From positions 1,922,001-1,986,000 of the forward strand of contig NC_087436.1 of the NCBI RefSeq assembly GCF_036321535.1: a DNA stretch of 64,000 bases, read 5' to 3'. A program made the translations under genes and the position numbers. The DNA is from Camelus dromedarius (Eukaryota). Below, one piece after another: positions 12,501-26,600 of the stretch. Position 1 is the stretch's first letter; every line of letters starts with the position of its first letter. The notes below the pieces were generated by a model. The model searched no databases, had not been told where the DNA came from, and saw only the letters and a program-made list of their open reading frames with translations.

Positions 12501-12960
12501 TTCGTTCATCTAGCACAAAGGGAACTGGTTGCAGAAGAAACTATTTCTCTGTATTCTCAGACTGTTTCCTAGTGCCGGTTTGATGTTCCTGCTGTTTTCA
12601 CTGTAAAACCGAGTTGGGGCTAGTACCTACACATATATATGTATGGAGTGGAGTTTGCATCTGAAAACAAACATTGTGTTCCAAACAAGCTAGGTGTAGG
12701 AAGGCTTTCAAACACACTTATCTCTCAGAACTGAGCATGTGGAGAGACGTTCGTTCATCTAGCACAAAGGGAACGGGTTGCAGGAGAAACTTTTACTCTG
12801 GATTCTCAGTCTGTTTCCTAGTGCCGGTTTGAATTTCCTGCAGTTTTCACTGTAAAACCGAGTTGGGGCTAGTACCTACCCATATATATGTATGGAGTGG
12901 AGTTTGCATCTTAAAAGAAACTTTGTGTTCCCAACACGCTAGGTGAAGGACGGCTTTCAC
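4830..12960 (+). repeat. Near-identical block duplication at 25-monomer offset (6213 bp): ~4830-6750 vs ~11040-12960
   Basis: ORF pairs 4944/11157, 5444/11657, 5775/11988 and 6046/12259 are all offset by 6213. Shared rare variants include GCAATGAAAAG (1-bp deletion) and AACACGCTAGG. Confidence 0.93.
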
Positions 12961-15900
12961 ACACACTTATCTCTCAGAACTGAGCATGTGGAGAGACGTT
13001 CGTTCATCTAGCACAAATGGAACGGGTTGCAGTAGAAAGTTTTTCTCTGGTTTCTCAGTCTGTTTCCTAGTGCCATTTTGAAATTCTTGCAGTTTTCACT
13101 GTAATAGCGAGTTGGAGCTAGTACCACCCATAAATATGTGTGGAATGGATTTTGCAACTGAAAATATCTTTGTGTTCCCAACAAGCTAGGTGAAGGACGG
13201 CTTTCACACACACTTATCTCTCAGAAATGAGCATGTGGAGAGACGTTCGTTCATCAAGCACAAAGGGAACGGGTTGCAGGAGAAACTTTTTCTCTGTTTC
13301 TCAGTGTGTTTCATAGTGCCGGTTTAAAGTTCCTGCAGTTTTCACTGTAAAACCGAGTTGGAGCTAGTACCTCCCCATATATATATATGGAATGGAGTTT
13401 GCATCTGAAAAGAAACTTTGTGTTCCCAACAAGCTAGTTGAAGGACGGCTTTCACACACACTTATCTCTCAGAACTGAGCATGTGGAGAGACGTTCGTTC
13501 ATCTAGAACAAATGGAACGGGTTGCAGTAGAAAGTGTTCTCTGGTTTCTCAGTCTGTTTCCTAGTGCCGGTTTGAAGTTCCTGCAGTTTTCCCTGTAAAA
13601 AAGAGTTGGATCTAGTACCTCCCCATATATATGTATGGAGTGGAGTTTGCAACTGAAAAGAAACTTTGTGCTCCCAACAAGCTAGGTGAAGGTCGGCTTT
13701 CAGACACAGTTATCTCTCAGAACTGAGCATGTGGAGAGACGTTCGTTCACCTAGCAAAAATGGAACGAGTTGCAGGAGTAACTTTTACTCTGGTTTCTCA
13801 GTCTGTTTCCTAGTGCCATTTTGAAGTTCTTGCAGTTTTCACTGTAATACCGAGTTGGAGCTAGTACCTCCCAATAAATATGTGTGGAGTGGAGTTTGCA
13901 ACTGAAAAGAACTTTGTGTTCCCAACAAGCTAGGTGAAGGACGGATTTCACACACAATTATGTCTCAGAACTGAGCATGTGGAGAGACGTTCGTTCATCT
14001 AGCACAAAGGGAACGGGTTTCAGGAGAAACATTTACTCTGGTTTCTCAGTCTGTTTCCTATTGGGGGTTTGAAGTTACTGAAATTTTCACTGTAAAACCG
14101 AGTTGGAGCTAGTACCTCCCCATATATATGTATGGAGTGGAGTTTGCAACTTAAAAGAAACATGTGTTCCCAACAAGCTAGGTGAAGGACGGCTTTCACA
14201 CACACTTATCTCTCAGAAATGAGCATGTGGCGAGACGTTCGTTCATCTAGCACAAAGGGAACGGGTTGCAGGGGAAAGTTATTCTCTGGTTTCTCAGTAT
14301 GTTTCCTAGTGCCGGTTTGATGTTCCTGCAGTTTTCACTGTAAAACCGAGTTGGAGCTAGTTCCTCCCCATATATATGTATGGAGTGGAATTTGCAACTG
14401 AAAAGAAACTTTGTGTTCCCAACAAGCTAGGTGAAGGACGGCTTTCACACACACTTATCTCTCAGAAATGAGCATGTGGAGAGAATATCGTTCATCTAGC
14501 ACAAAGGGAACGGGTTGCAGGAGAAACTTTTACTCTGGTTTCTCAGTCTGTTTCCTAGTGCCGGTTTGAAGTTCCTGCAGTTTTCCCTGTAAAACCGAGT
14601 TGGAGCTAGTACCTCCCCATATATATGTATGGAGTGGAGTTTGCAACTGAAAGGAAACTTTCTGTTCCCAACAAGCTAGGTGAAGGACGGCATTCATACA
14701 CACTTATCTCTCAGAACTGAGCATGTGGAGAGACGTTCGTTCACCCAGCAAAAATGGAACGAGTTGCAGGAGTAACTATTACTCTAGATTCTCAGTCTGT
14801 TTCCTAGTGCCATTTTGAAGTTCTTGCAGTTTTCACTTAATACCGAGTTGGAGCTAGAACCTCCCCATAAATATGTGTGGAGTGGAATTTGCAACTGAAA
14901 AGAAACTTTGTGTCCCAACAAGCTAGGTGAAGGACGGCTTTCACACACAATTATCTCTCAGAACTGGGCATGTGGAGAGACGTTCGTTCACTTACGAATA
15001 AGGGAACGAGTTGCAGGTGTAACTTTTACTCTGGTTTCTCACTATGTTTCCTAGTGCCATTTGGAAGTTCTTGCAGTTTTCACTGTAATACAAAGTTGGA
15101 GCTAGTACCTCCCCATATATATGTATGGAGTGGAGTTTGCAACTGAAAAGAAACTTTGTGTTCCCAAAAAGCTAGGTGAAGGACGGCTTTCACACACACT
15201 TATCTCTCAGAACTGAGCATGTGGAGAGACGATCGTTCACCTAGCAAAAATGGAACGAGTTGCAGTAGTAACTTTTACTCTGGTTTCCCAGTCTGTTTCC
15301 TAGTGCCATTTTGAAGTTCTTGCAGTTTTCACTGTAATACCGAGTTGGAGCTAGTACTTCCCTTAAATATGTGTGAAATGGATTTTGCAACTGAAAAGAA
15401 ACTTTGTGTTCCCAAGAAGCTAGGTGAAGGACGGCTTTCAAACACACTTATCTCTCAGATCTGAGCATGTGGAGAGACGTTCGTTTATAAAGCGCAAAAG
15501 GAACGGGTTGCAGGAGAAACTTTTACTCTGTTTCTCAGTCTGTTTCCTAGTGCTGGTTTGAAGTTCCTGCAGTTTTCACTGTAAAACCGAGTTGGAGCTA
15601 GTACCTCCCCATATATATGTATGGAGTGGAGTTTGCAACTGAAAAGAAACATTGGGTTCCCAACAAGCTAGGTGAAGGACGGCTTTCACACACACTTATC
15701 TCTCAGAAATGAGCATGTGGAGAGACGTTCGTTCATCTAGCACAAAGGGAACGGGTTGCAGGATAAACTTTTACTGTGGTTTCTCAGTCTGTTTCCTAGT
15801 GCCGGGTTGAAGTTCCTGCAGTTTTCACTGTAAAACAGTGTTGGAGCTAGTACCTTCCCGTATATATTTATGGAGAGGAGTTTACAACTGAAAAGAAACT

Positions 15901-17699
15901 TTGTGTTCCCAACAAGCTACGTGAAGTGCGGGTTTCACACCCAATTATCTTTCAGAACTGAGCATGTGGAGAGTCATTCGTTCATCTAGCACAAAGGGAA
16001 AGGATTGCAGGAGAAACTTTTACTCTGGTTTCTCAGTCTGTTTCCTAGTGCCGGTTTGAAGTTCCTGCAGTTTTCATTGTAAAACCGAGTTGGGGCTAGT
16101 ACCTACCCTTATATATGTATGGAATGGAGTTTGCAACTGAAAAGAAACTTTGTGTTCCCAACAAGGTAGTTGAAGACTGCTTTCACACACACTTAACTCT
16201 CAGAACTGAGCATGTGGAGAGACGTTCGTTCATCTAGCACAAAGGGAACGGGTTGCAGGGGAAAGTTATTCTCTGATTTCTCAGTCTGTTTCCTAGTGCC
16301 GGGTTGAAGTTCCTGCAGTTTTCACTGTAATACCGAGTTGTAGCTAGTACACCCCATATATATGTATGGAGTGGAGTTGGCAACTGAAAAGAAACTTTGT
16401 GTTCCCAACAAGCAAGTTGAAGGACGGGTTTCACACACACATATCTCTCAGAACTGAGCATGTGGAGAGACGTTCGTTCATCTAGCACAAAGGGAACGGG
16501 TTGCAGAAGAAACTTTTTCTCTGTATTCTCAGTCTGTTTCCTAGTGCCGGTTTGAAGTTCCTGCTGTTTTCATTGTAAAACCGAGTTGGGGCTAGTACCT
16601 ACCCATATATATGTATGGAGTGGAGTTTGCATCTGAAAAGAAACATTGTGTTCCCCACAAGCTAGGTGAAGGACGGCTTTCACACACACTTATCTCTCAG
16701 AACTGAGCATGTGGAGAGACGTTCGTTTACCTAGGAAAAAGGGAACGAGTTGCAGGTGTAACTTTTACTCTGGTTTCTCAGTATGTTTCCTAGTGCCATT
16801 TGGAAGTTCTTGCAGTTTTCACTGTAATACCGAGTTGGAGCTAGTACTTCCCATAAATATGTGTGAAATGGATTTTGCAACTGAAAAGAAATTTTGTGTT
16901 CCCAAGAAGCTAGGTGAAGGACGGCTTTCAAACACACTTATCTCTCAGATCTGAGCATGTGGAGAGACGTTCGTTTATAAAGCGCAAAAGGAACGGGTTG
17001 CAGGAGAAAATTTTACTCTGTTTCTCAGTCTGTTTCCTAGTGCTGGTTTGAAGTTCCTGCAGTTTTCACTGTAAAACCGAGTTGGAGCTAGTACCTCCCC
17101 ATATATATGTATGGAGTGGAGTTTGCAACTGAAAAGAAACTGTGTGTTCCCAACAAGCTAGGTGAAGGACGGCTTTCACACACACTTATCTCTCAGAAAT
17201 GAGCATGTGGAGAGACGTTCGTTCATCTAGCACAAAGGGAACGGGTTGCAGGATAAACTTTTCTCTGGTTTATCAGTCTGTTTCCTAGTGCCGGTTTGAA
17301 GTTCCTGCAGTTTTCACTGTAAAACAGTGTTGGAGCTAGTACCTCCCCATATATATTTATGGAGAGGAGTTTACAACTGAAAAGAAACTTTGTGTTCCCA
17401 ACAAGCTAGGTGAACTGCGGCTTTCACACCCAATTATCTTTCAGAACTGAGCATGTGGAGAGTCATTCGTTCATCTAGCACAAAGGGAAAGGGTTGCAGG
17501 AGAAACTTTTACTCTGGTTTCTCAGTCTGTTTCCTAGTGCCGGTTTGAAGTTCCTGCAGTTTTCATTGTAAAACCGAGTTGGGGCTAGTACCTACCCTTA
17601 TATATGTATGGAATGGAGTTTGCATCTGAAAAGAAACTTTGTGTTCCCAACAAGGTAGTTGAAGACTGCTTTCACACACAATTATCTCTCAGAACTGAG

Positions 17700-20600
17700 C
17701 ATGTGTAGAGACGTTCGTTCATCTAGCACAAAGGGAACGGGTTGCAGGGGAAAGTTATTCTCTGGTTTCTCAGTCTGTTTCCTAGTGCCGGTTTGAAGTT
17801 CCTGCTGTTTTCACTGTAAAACCGAGTTGGGGCTAGAACTTCCCCATATATATATGTATGGAGTGGAGTTTGCAACTGAAAAGAAACTTTGTGTTCTCAA
17901 CAAGCTAGGTGAAGGACGGCTTTCACACACACTTATCTCTCAGAAATGAGCATGTGGAGATACGTTCGTTCATAAATCACAAAGGGAACGGGTTGCGGGA
18001 GAAACTTTTACTCTGTTTCTCAGTCTGTTTCCTAGTGCCGGTTTGAAGTTCCTGCAGTTTTCACTGTAAAACCGAGTTGGATCTAGTACCTCCCCATATA
18101 TATGTATGGAGTGGAGTTTGCAACTGAAAAGAAACTTTGTGTTCCCAACAAGCTAGGTGAAGTGCGGCTTTCACACCCAATTATCTCTCAGAATTGAGCA
18201 TGTGGAGAGTCAATATTTCATCTAGCACAAAGGGAAATGTTTGCAGGAGAAACTTTTACTATGGTTTCTCAGTATGTTTCCTAGTGCCGGTTTGAAGTTC
18301 CTGCAGTTTTCATTTTAAAACCGAGTTGGGGCAAGTACCTACCCTTATATATGTATGGAATGGAGTTTGCATCTGAAAAGAAACTTTGTGTTCCCAAGAA
18401 GCTAGGTGAAGGACGGCTTTCACACACACTTATCTCTCAGAACTGAGCATGTGGAGAGACGTTCGTTCATCTAGCACAAAGGGAAAGTGTTGCAGGAGAA
18501 AATTTTACTCTGGTTTCTCAATTTTTTTCCTAGTGCCGGTTTGAAGTTCCTGCAGTATTCACTGTAAAACCGAATTGGAGCTAGTACATCCCCATATATA
18601 TGTATGGAGTGTAGTTTGCAACTGAAAAGAAACATGTGTTCCCAACAAGCTAGTTGAAGGACGGCTTTCACACACACTTATCTCTCAGAAATGAGCATGT
18701 GGAGAGACGTTCGTTCATCAAGCACAAAGGGAACGGGTTGCAGGAGAATCTTTTACTCTGTTTCTCAGTCTGTTTCCTAGTGCCGGTTTGAAGTTCCTGC
18801 AGTTTTCACTGTAAAACCGAGTTGGAGCTAGTACCTCCCCATATATATGTATGGAGTGGAGTTTGCAACTGAAAAGAAACTTTGTGTTCCCAACAAGCTA
18901 GGTGAAGGACGGCTTTCAGACACAATTATCTCTCAGAATTGAGCATGTGGAGAGTCATTCGTTCATCTAGCACAAAGGGAACGGTTTGCAGGAGAAACTT
19001 TTACTCTGGATTCTCAGTCTGTTTCCTAGTGCCGGTTTGAAGTTCCTGCAGTTTTCACTGTAAAACCGAGTTGGAGCTAGTACCAACCCATATATATGTG
19101 TGGAGTGGAGTTTGCAACTGAAAAGAAACTTTGTGTTCCCAACAAGCTAGGTGAAGGACGGCTTTCACACACACTTATATCTCAGAAATGAGCATGTGGA
19201 GAGACGTTCGTTCATCTAGCAAAAAGGGAACAGGTTGCAGGAGAAACTCTTACTCTGGTTTCTCAGACTATTTCCTAGTGCCAGTTTGAAGTTCCTGCAC
19301 TTTTCACTGTAAAACCGATTTGGAGCTAGTACCTCCCCATATATATGTATGGAGTGGAGTTTGCAACTGAAAAGAAACTTTGTGTTACCAAGAAGCTAGG
19401 TGAAGGACGGCTTTCACACACACTTATCTCTCAGAACTGAGCATGTGGAGAGACGTTCGTTCATCAAGCACAAAAGGAACGGGCTGCAGGAAAACTTTTA
19501 CTCTGTTTCTCAGTCTGTTTCCTAGTGCCGGTTTGAAGTTCCTGCAGTTTTCATTGTAAAACCGAGCTGGAGCTAGTACCTCCCAATATATATGTATGGA
19601 GAGGAGTTTACAACTGAAAAGAAACTTTGTGTTCCCAACAAGCTAGGTGAAGTGCGGCTTTCACACCCAATTATCTTTCAGAACTGAGCATGTGGAGAGT
19701 CATTCGTTCATCTAGCACAAAGGGAAAGGGTTGCAGGAGAAACTTTTACTCTGGTTTCTCAGTCTGTTTCCTAGTGCCGGTTTGAAGTTCCTGCAGTTTT
19801 CATTGTAAAACCGAGTTGGGGCAAGTACCTACCCTTATATATGTATGGAATGGAGTTTGCATCTGAAAAGAAACTTTGTGTTCCCAACAAGGTAGTTGAA
19901 GACTGCTTTCACACACAATTATCTCTCAGAACTGAGCATGTGGAGAGACGTTCGTTCATCTAGCACAAAGGGAACGGGTTGCAGGGGAAAGTTATTCTCT
20001 GGTTTCTCAGTCTGTTTCCTAGTGCCGGGTTGAAGTTCCTGCATTTTTCACTGTAATACCGAGTTGTAGCTAGTACAACCCATATATATGTATGGAGTGG
20101 AGTTTGCAACTGAAAAGAAACTTTGTGTTCCCAACAAGCAAGTTGAAGGGCGGGTTTCACACACACATATCTCGCAGAACTGAGCATGTGGAGAGACGTT
20201 CGTTATAAATCACAAAGGGAACGGGTTGCAGGAGAAACTTTTACTCTGTTTCTCATTCTGTTTCCTAGTGCCGGTTTGAAGTTCCTGCTGTTTTCACTGT
20301 AAAACCGAGTTGGGGCTAGAACTTCCCCATATATATATGTATGGAGTGGAGTTTGCAACTGAAAAGAAACTTTGTGTTCCCAACAAGCTAGGTGAAGTAC
20401 GGCTTTCACACACACTTATCTCTCAGAACTGAGCATGTGGAGATACGTTCGTTCATAAATCACAAAGGGAACGGGTTGCGGGAGAAACTTTTACTCTGTT
20501 TCTCAGTCTGTTTCCTAGTGCCGGTTTGAAGTTCCTGCAGTTTTCACTGTAAAACCGAGTTGGATCTAGTACCTCCCCATATATATGTATGGAGTGGAGT

Positions 20601-23600
20601 TTGCAACTGAAAAGAAACTTTGTGTTCCCAACAAGCTAGGTGAAGGACGGCTTTCACACACACTTATCTCTCAGAAATGAGCATGTGGAGAGACGTTCGT
20701 TCATCTAGCACAAAGGGAACGGGTTTCAGGAGAAACTTTTACTCTGGTTTCTCAGTCTGTTTCCTAGTGCCGGGTTGAAGTTCCTGCAGTTTTCACTGTA
20801 AAACCGAGTTGGAGCTAGTACCTCCCAATATATATGTATGGAGTGGAGTTTGCAACTGAAAAGAAACTTTGTGTTCCCAAAAAGCTAGGTGAAGGACGGC
20901 TTTCACACACACTTATCTCTCAGAACTGAGCATGTGGAGAGACGTTCGTTCACCTAGCATAAATGGAATGAGTTGCAGTAGTAACTTTTACTCTGGTTTC
21001 CCAGTCTGTATCCTAGTGCCATTTTGAAGTTCTTGCAGTTTTCACTGTAATACCGAGTTGGAGCTAGTACTACCCATCAATATGTGTGAAATGGATTTTG
21101 CAACTGAAAAGAAACTTTGTGTTCCCAACAAGCTAGGTGAAGGACGGCTTTCACACACACTTATCTCTCAGAAATGAGCATGTGGAGAGACGTTCGTTCA
21201 TCTAGCACAAAGGGAACGGGTTGCAGGTTAAACTTTTACTCTGGTTTCTCAGTCTGTTTCCTAGTGCCGGTTTGAACTTCCTGCAGTTTTCACTGTAAAA
21301 CCGTGTTGGATATAGTATCTCCCCATATATATTTATGGAGAGGAGTTTACAACTGAAAAGAAACTTTGTGTTCCCAACAAGCTAGGTGAAGTGCGGCTTT
21401 CACACCCAATTATCTCTCAGAATTGAGCATGTGGAGAGTCAATATTTCATCTAGCACAAAGGGAAATGGTTGCAGGAGAAACTTTTACTATGGTTTCTCA
21501 GTCTGTTTCCTAGTGCCGGTTTGAAGTTCCTGCAGTTTTCATTTTAAAACCGAGTTGGGGCAAGTACCTACCCTTATATATGTATGGAATGGAGTTTGCA
21601 TCTGAAAAGAAACTTTGTGTTCCCAAGAAGCTAGGTGAAGGACGGCTTTCACACACACTTATCTCTCAGAACTGAGCATGTGGAGAGACGTTCGTTCATC
21701 TAGCACAAAGGGAAAGTGTTGCAGGAGAAAATTTTACTCTGGTTTCTCAATTTTTTTCCTAGTGCCGGTTTGAAGTTCCTGCAGTATTCACTGTAAAACC
21801 GAATTGGAGCTAGTACATCCCCATATATATGTATGGAGTGTAGTTTGCAACTGAAAAGAAACATGTGTTCCCAACAAGCTAGTTGAAGGACGGCTTTCAC
21901 ACACACTTATCTCTCAGAAATGAGCATGTGGAGAGACGTTCGTTCATCAAGCACAAAGGGAACGGGTTGCAGGAGAATCTTTTACTCTGTTTCTCAGTCT
22001 GTTTCCTAGTGCCGGTTTGAAGTTCCTGCAGTTTTCACTGTAAAACCGAGTTGGAGCTAGTACCTCCCCATATATATGTATGGAGTGGAGTTTGCAACTG
22101 AAAAGAAACTTTGTGTTCCCAACAAGCTAGGTGAAGGACGGCTTTCAGACACAATTATCTCTCAGAATTGAGCATGTGGAGAGTCATTCGTTCATCTAGC
22201 ACAAAGGGAACGGTTTGCAGGAGAAACTTTTACTCTGGATTCTCAGTCTGTTTCCTAGTGCCGGTTTGAAGTTCCTGCAGTTTTCACTGTAAAACCGAGT
22301 TGGAGCTAGTACCAACCCATATATATGTGTGGAGTGGAGTTTGCAACTGAAAAGAAACTTTGTGTTCCCAACAAGCTAGGTGAAGGACGGCTTTCACACA
22401 CACTTATATCTCAGAAATGAGCATGTGGAGAGACGTTCGTTCATCTAGCAAAAAGGGAACAGGTTGCAGGAGAAACTCTTACTCTGGTTTCTCAGACTAT
22501 TTCCTAGTGCCAGTTTGAAGTTCCTGCACTTTTCACTGTAAAACCGATTTGGAGCTAGTACCTCCCCATATATATGTATGGAGTGGAGTTTGCAACTGAA
22601 AAGAAACTTTGTGTTACCAAGAAGCTAGGTGAAGGACGGCTTTCACACACACTTATCTCTCAGAACTGAGCATGTGGAGAGACGTTCGTTCATCAAGCAC
22701 AAAAGGAACGGGCTGCAGGAAAACTTTTACTCTGTTTCTCAGTCTGTTTCCTAGTGCCGGTTTGAAGTTCCTGCAGTTTTCATTGTAAAACCGAGTTGGG
22801 GCAAGTACCTACCCTTATATATGTATGGAATGGAGTTTGCATCTGAAAAGAAACTTTTTGTTCCCAACAAGGTAGTTGAAGACTGCTTTCACACACAATT
22901 ATCTCTCAGAACTGAGCATGTGGAGAGACGTTCGTTCATCTAGCACAAAGGGAACGGGTTGCAGGGGAAAGTTATTCTCTGGTTTCTCAGTCTGTATCCT
23001 AGTGCCGGGTTGAAGTTCCTGCATTTTTCACTGTAATACCGAGTTGTAGCTAGTACAACCCATATATATGTATGGAGTGGAGTTTGCAACTGAAAAGAAA
23101 CTTTGTGTTCCCAACAAGCAAGTTGAAGGGCGGGTTTCACACACACATATCTCGCAGAACTGAGCATGTGGAGAGACGTTCGTTATAAATCACAAAGGGA
23201 ACGGGTTGCAGGAGAAACTTTTACTCTGTTTCTCATTCTGTTTCCTAGTGCCGGTTTGAAGTTCCTGCTGTTTTCACTGTAAAACCGAGTTGGGGCTAGA
23301 ACTTCCCCATATATATATGTATGGAGTGGAGTTTGCAACTGAAAAGAAACTTTGTGTTCCCAACAAGCTAGGTGAAGTACGGCTTTCACACACACTTATC
23401 TCTCAGAACTGAGCATGTGGAGATACGTTCGTTCATAAATCACAAAGGGAACGGGTTGCGGGAGAAACTTTTACTCTGTTTCTCAGTCTGTTTCCTAGTG
23501 CCGGTTTGAAGTTCCTGCAGTTTTCACTGTAAAACCGAGTTGGATCTAGTACCTCCCCATATATATGTATGGAGTGGAGTTTGCAACTGAAAAGAAACTT

Positions 23601-26600
23601 TGTGTTCCCAACAAGCTAGGTGAAGGACGGCTTTCACACACACTTATCTCTCAGAAATGAGCATGTGGAGAGACGTTCGTTCATCTAGCACAAAGGGAAC
23701 GGGTTTCAGGAGAAACTTTTACTCTGGTTTCTCAGTCTGTTTCCTAGTGCCGGGTTGAAGTTCCTGCAGTTTTCACTGTAAAACCGAGTTGGAGCTAGTA
23801 CCTCCCAATATATATGTATGGAGTGGAGTTTGCAACTGAAAAGAAACTTTGTGTTCCCAAAAAGCTAGGTGAAGGACGGCTTTCACACACACTTATCTCT
23901 CAGAACTGAGCATGTGGAGAGACGTTCGTTCACCTAGCATAAATGGAATGAGTTGCAGTAGTAACTTTTACTCTGGTTTCCCAGTCTGTATCCTAGTGCC
24001 ATTTTGAAGTTCTTGCAGTTTTCACTGTAATACCGAGTTGGAGCTAGTACTACCCATCAATATGTGTGAAATGGATTTTGCAACTGAAAAGAAACTTTGT
24101 GTTCCCAACAAGCTAGGTGAAGGACGGCTTTCACACACACTTATCTCTCAGAAATGAGCATGTGGAGAGACGTTCGTTCATCTAGCACAAAGGGAACGGG
24201 TTGCAGGTTAAACTTTTACTCTGGTTTCTCAGTCTGTTTCCTAGTGCCGGTTTGAACTTCCTGCAGTTTTCACTGTAAAACCGTGTTGGATATAGTATCT
24301 CCCCATATATATTTATGGAGAGGAGTTTACAACTGAAAAGAAACTTTGTGTTCCCAACAAGCTAGGTGAAGTGCGGCATTCACACCCAATTATCTCTCAG
24401 AATTGAGCATGTGGAGAGTCAATATTTCATCTAGCACAAAGGGAAATGGTTGCAGGAGAAACTTTTACTATGGTTTCTCAGTCTGTTTCCTAGTGCCGGT
24501 TTGAAGTTCCTGCAGTTTTCATTTTAAAACCGAGTTGGGGCAAGTACCTACCCTTATATATGTATGGAATGGAGTTTGCATCTGAAAAGAAACTTTGTGT
24601 TCCCAAGAAGCTAGGTGAAGGACGGCTTTCACACACACTTATCTCTCAGAACTGAGCATGTGGAGAGACGTTCGTTCATCTAGCACAAAGGGAAAGTGTT
24701 GCAGGAGAAAATTTTACTCTGGTTTCTCAATTTTTTTCCAAGTGCCGGTTTGAAGTTCCTGCAGTATTCACTGTAAACCCGAGTTGGAGCTAGTACATCC
24801 CCATATATATGTATGGAGTATAGTTTGCAACTGAAAAGAAACATGTGTTCCCAACAAGCTAGGTGAAGGACGGCTTTCAGACACACATCTCTCAGAAATG
24901 GGCATGTGGAGAGACGTTCGTTCATCAAGCACAAAGGGAACGGGTTGCAGGAGAAACTTTTACTCTGTTTCTCAGTCTGTTTCCTAGTGCCGGTTTGAAG
25001 TTCCTGCAGTTTTCATTGTAAAACCGAGCTGGAGCTTGTACCTCCCAATATATATGTATGGAGTGGAGTTTGCAACTGAAAAGAAACATGTGTTCCCAAC
25101 CAGCTAGTTGAAGGACGGCTTTCACACACACTTATCTCTCAGAAATGAGCATGTGGAGAGACGTTCGTTCATCAAGCACAAAGGGAAAGGGTTGCAGGAG
25201 ACACTTTTTCTCTGTTTTCTCAGTCTGTTTCCTAGTGCCGGTTTGAAGTTCCTGCAGTTTTCACTGTAAAACCGAGTTGGAGCTAGTACCTCCCCATATA
25301 TATGTATGGAGTGGAGTTTGCAACTGAAAAGAAACTTTGTGTTCCCAACAAGCTAGGTGAAGGACTGCTTTCAGACACAATTATCACTCAGAATTGAGCA
25401 TGTGGAGAGTCATTCGTTCATCTAGCACAAAGGGAACGGTTTGCAGGAGAAACTTTTACTCTGGATTCTCAGTCTGTTTCCTAGTGCCGGTTTGAAGTTC
25501 CTGCAGTTTTCACTGTAAAACCGAGTTGGAGCTAGTACCAACCCATATATATGTGTGGAGTGGAGTTTGCAACTGAAAAGAAACTTTGTGTTCCCAACAA
25601 GCTAGGTGAAAGACGGCTTTCACACACACTTATATCTCAGAAATGAGCATGTGGAGAGACGTTCGTTCATCTAGCAAAAAGGGAACAGGTTGCAGGAGAA
25701 ACTCTTACTCTGGTTTCTCAGACTATTTCCTAGTGCCAGTTTGAAGTTCCTGCACTTTTCACTGTAAAACCGATTTGGAGCTAGTACCTCCCCATATATA
25801 TGTATGGAGTGGAGTTTGCAACTGAAAAGAAACTTTGTGTTACCAAGAAGCTAGGTGAAGGACGGCTTTCACACACACTTATCTCTCAGAACTGAGCATG
25901 TGGAGAGTCATTCGTTCATGTAGCACAAAGGGAAAGGGTTGCAGGAGAAACTTTTACTCTGGTTTCTCAGTCTGTTTCCTAGTGCCGGTTTGAAGTTCCT
26001 GCAGTTTTCATTGTAAAACCGAGTTGGGGCTAGTACCTACCCTTATATATGTATGGAATGGAGTTTGCATCTGAAAAGAAACTTTGTGTTCCCAACAAGG
26101 TAGTTGAAGACTGCTTTCACACACAATTATCTCTCAGAACTGAGCATGTGGATAGACGTTCGTTCATCTAGCACAAAGGGAACGGGTTGCAGGGGAAAGT
26201 TATTCTCTGGTTTCTCAGTCTGTTTCCTAGTGCCGGGATGAAGTTCCTGCAGTTTTCTCTGTAATACCGAGTTGTAGCTAGTACAACCCATATATATGTA
26301 TGGAGTGGAGTTTGCAACTGAAAAGAAACTTTGTGTCCCCAACAAGCAAGTTGAAGGACGGGTTTCACACACACATATCTCTCAGAACTGAGCATGTGGA
26401 GAGACGTTCGTTATAAATCACAAAGGGAACGGGTTGCAGGAGAAACTTTTACTCTGTTTCTCATTCTGTTTCCTAGTGCCGGTTTGAAGTTCCTGCTGTT
26501 TTCACTGTAAAACCGAGTTGGGGCTAGAACTTCCCCATATATATATGTATGGAGTGGAGTTTGCAACTGAAAAGAAACTTTGTGTTCCCAACAAGCTAGG

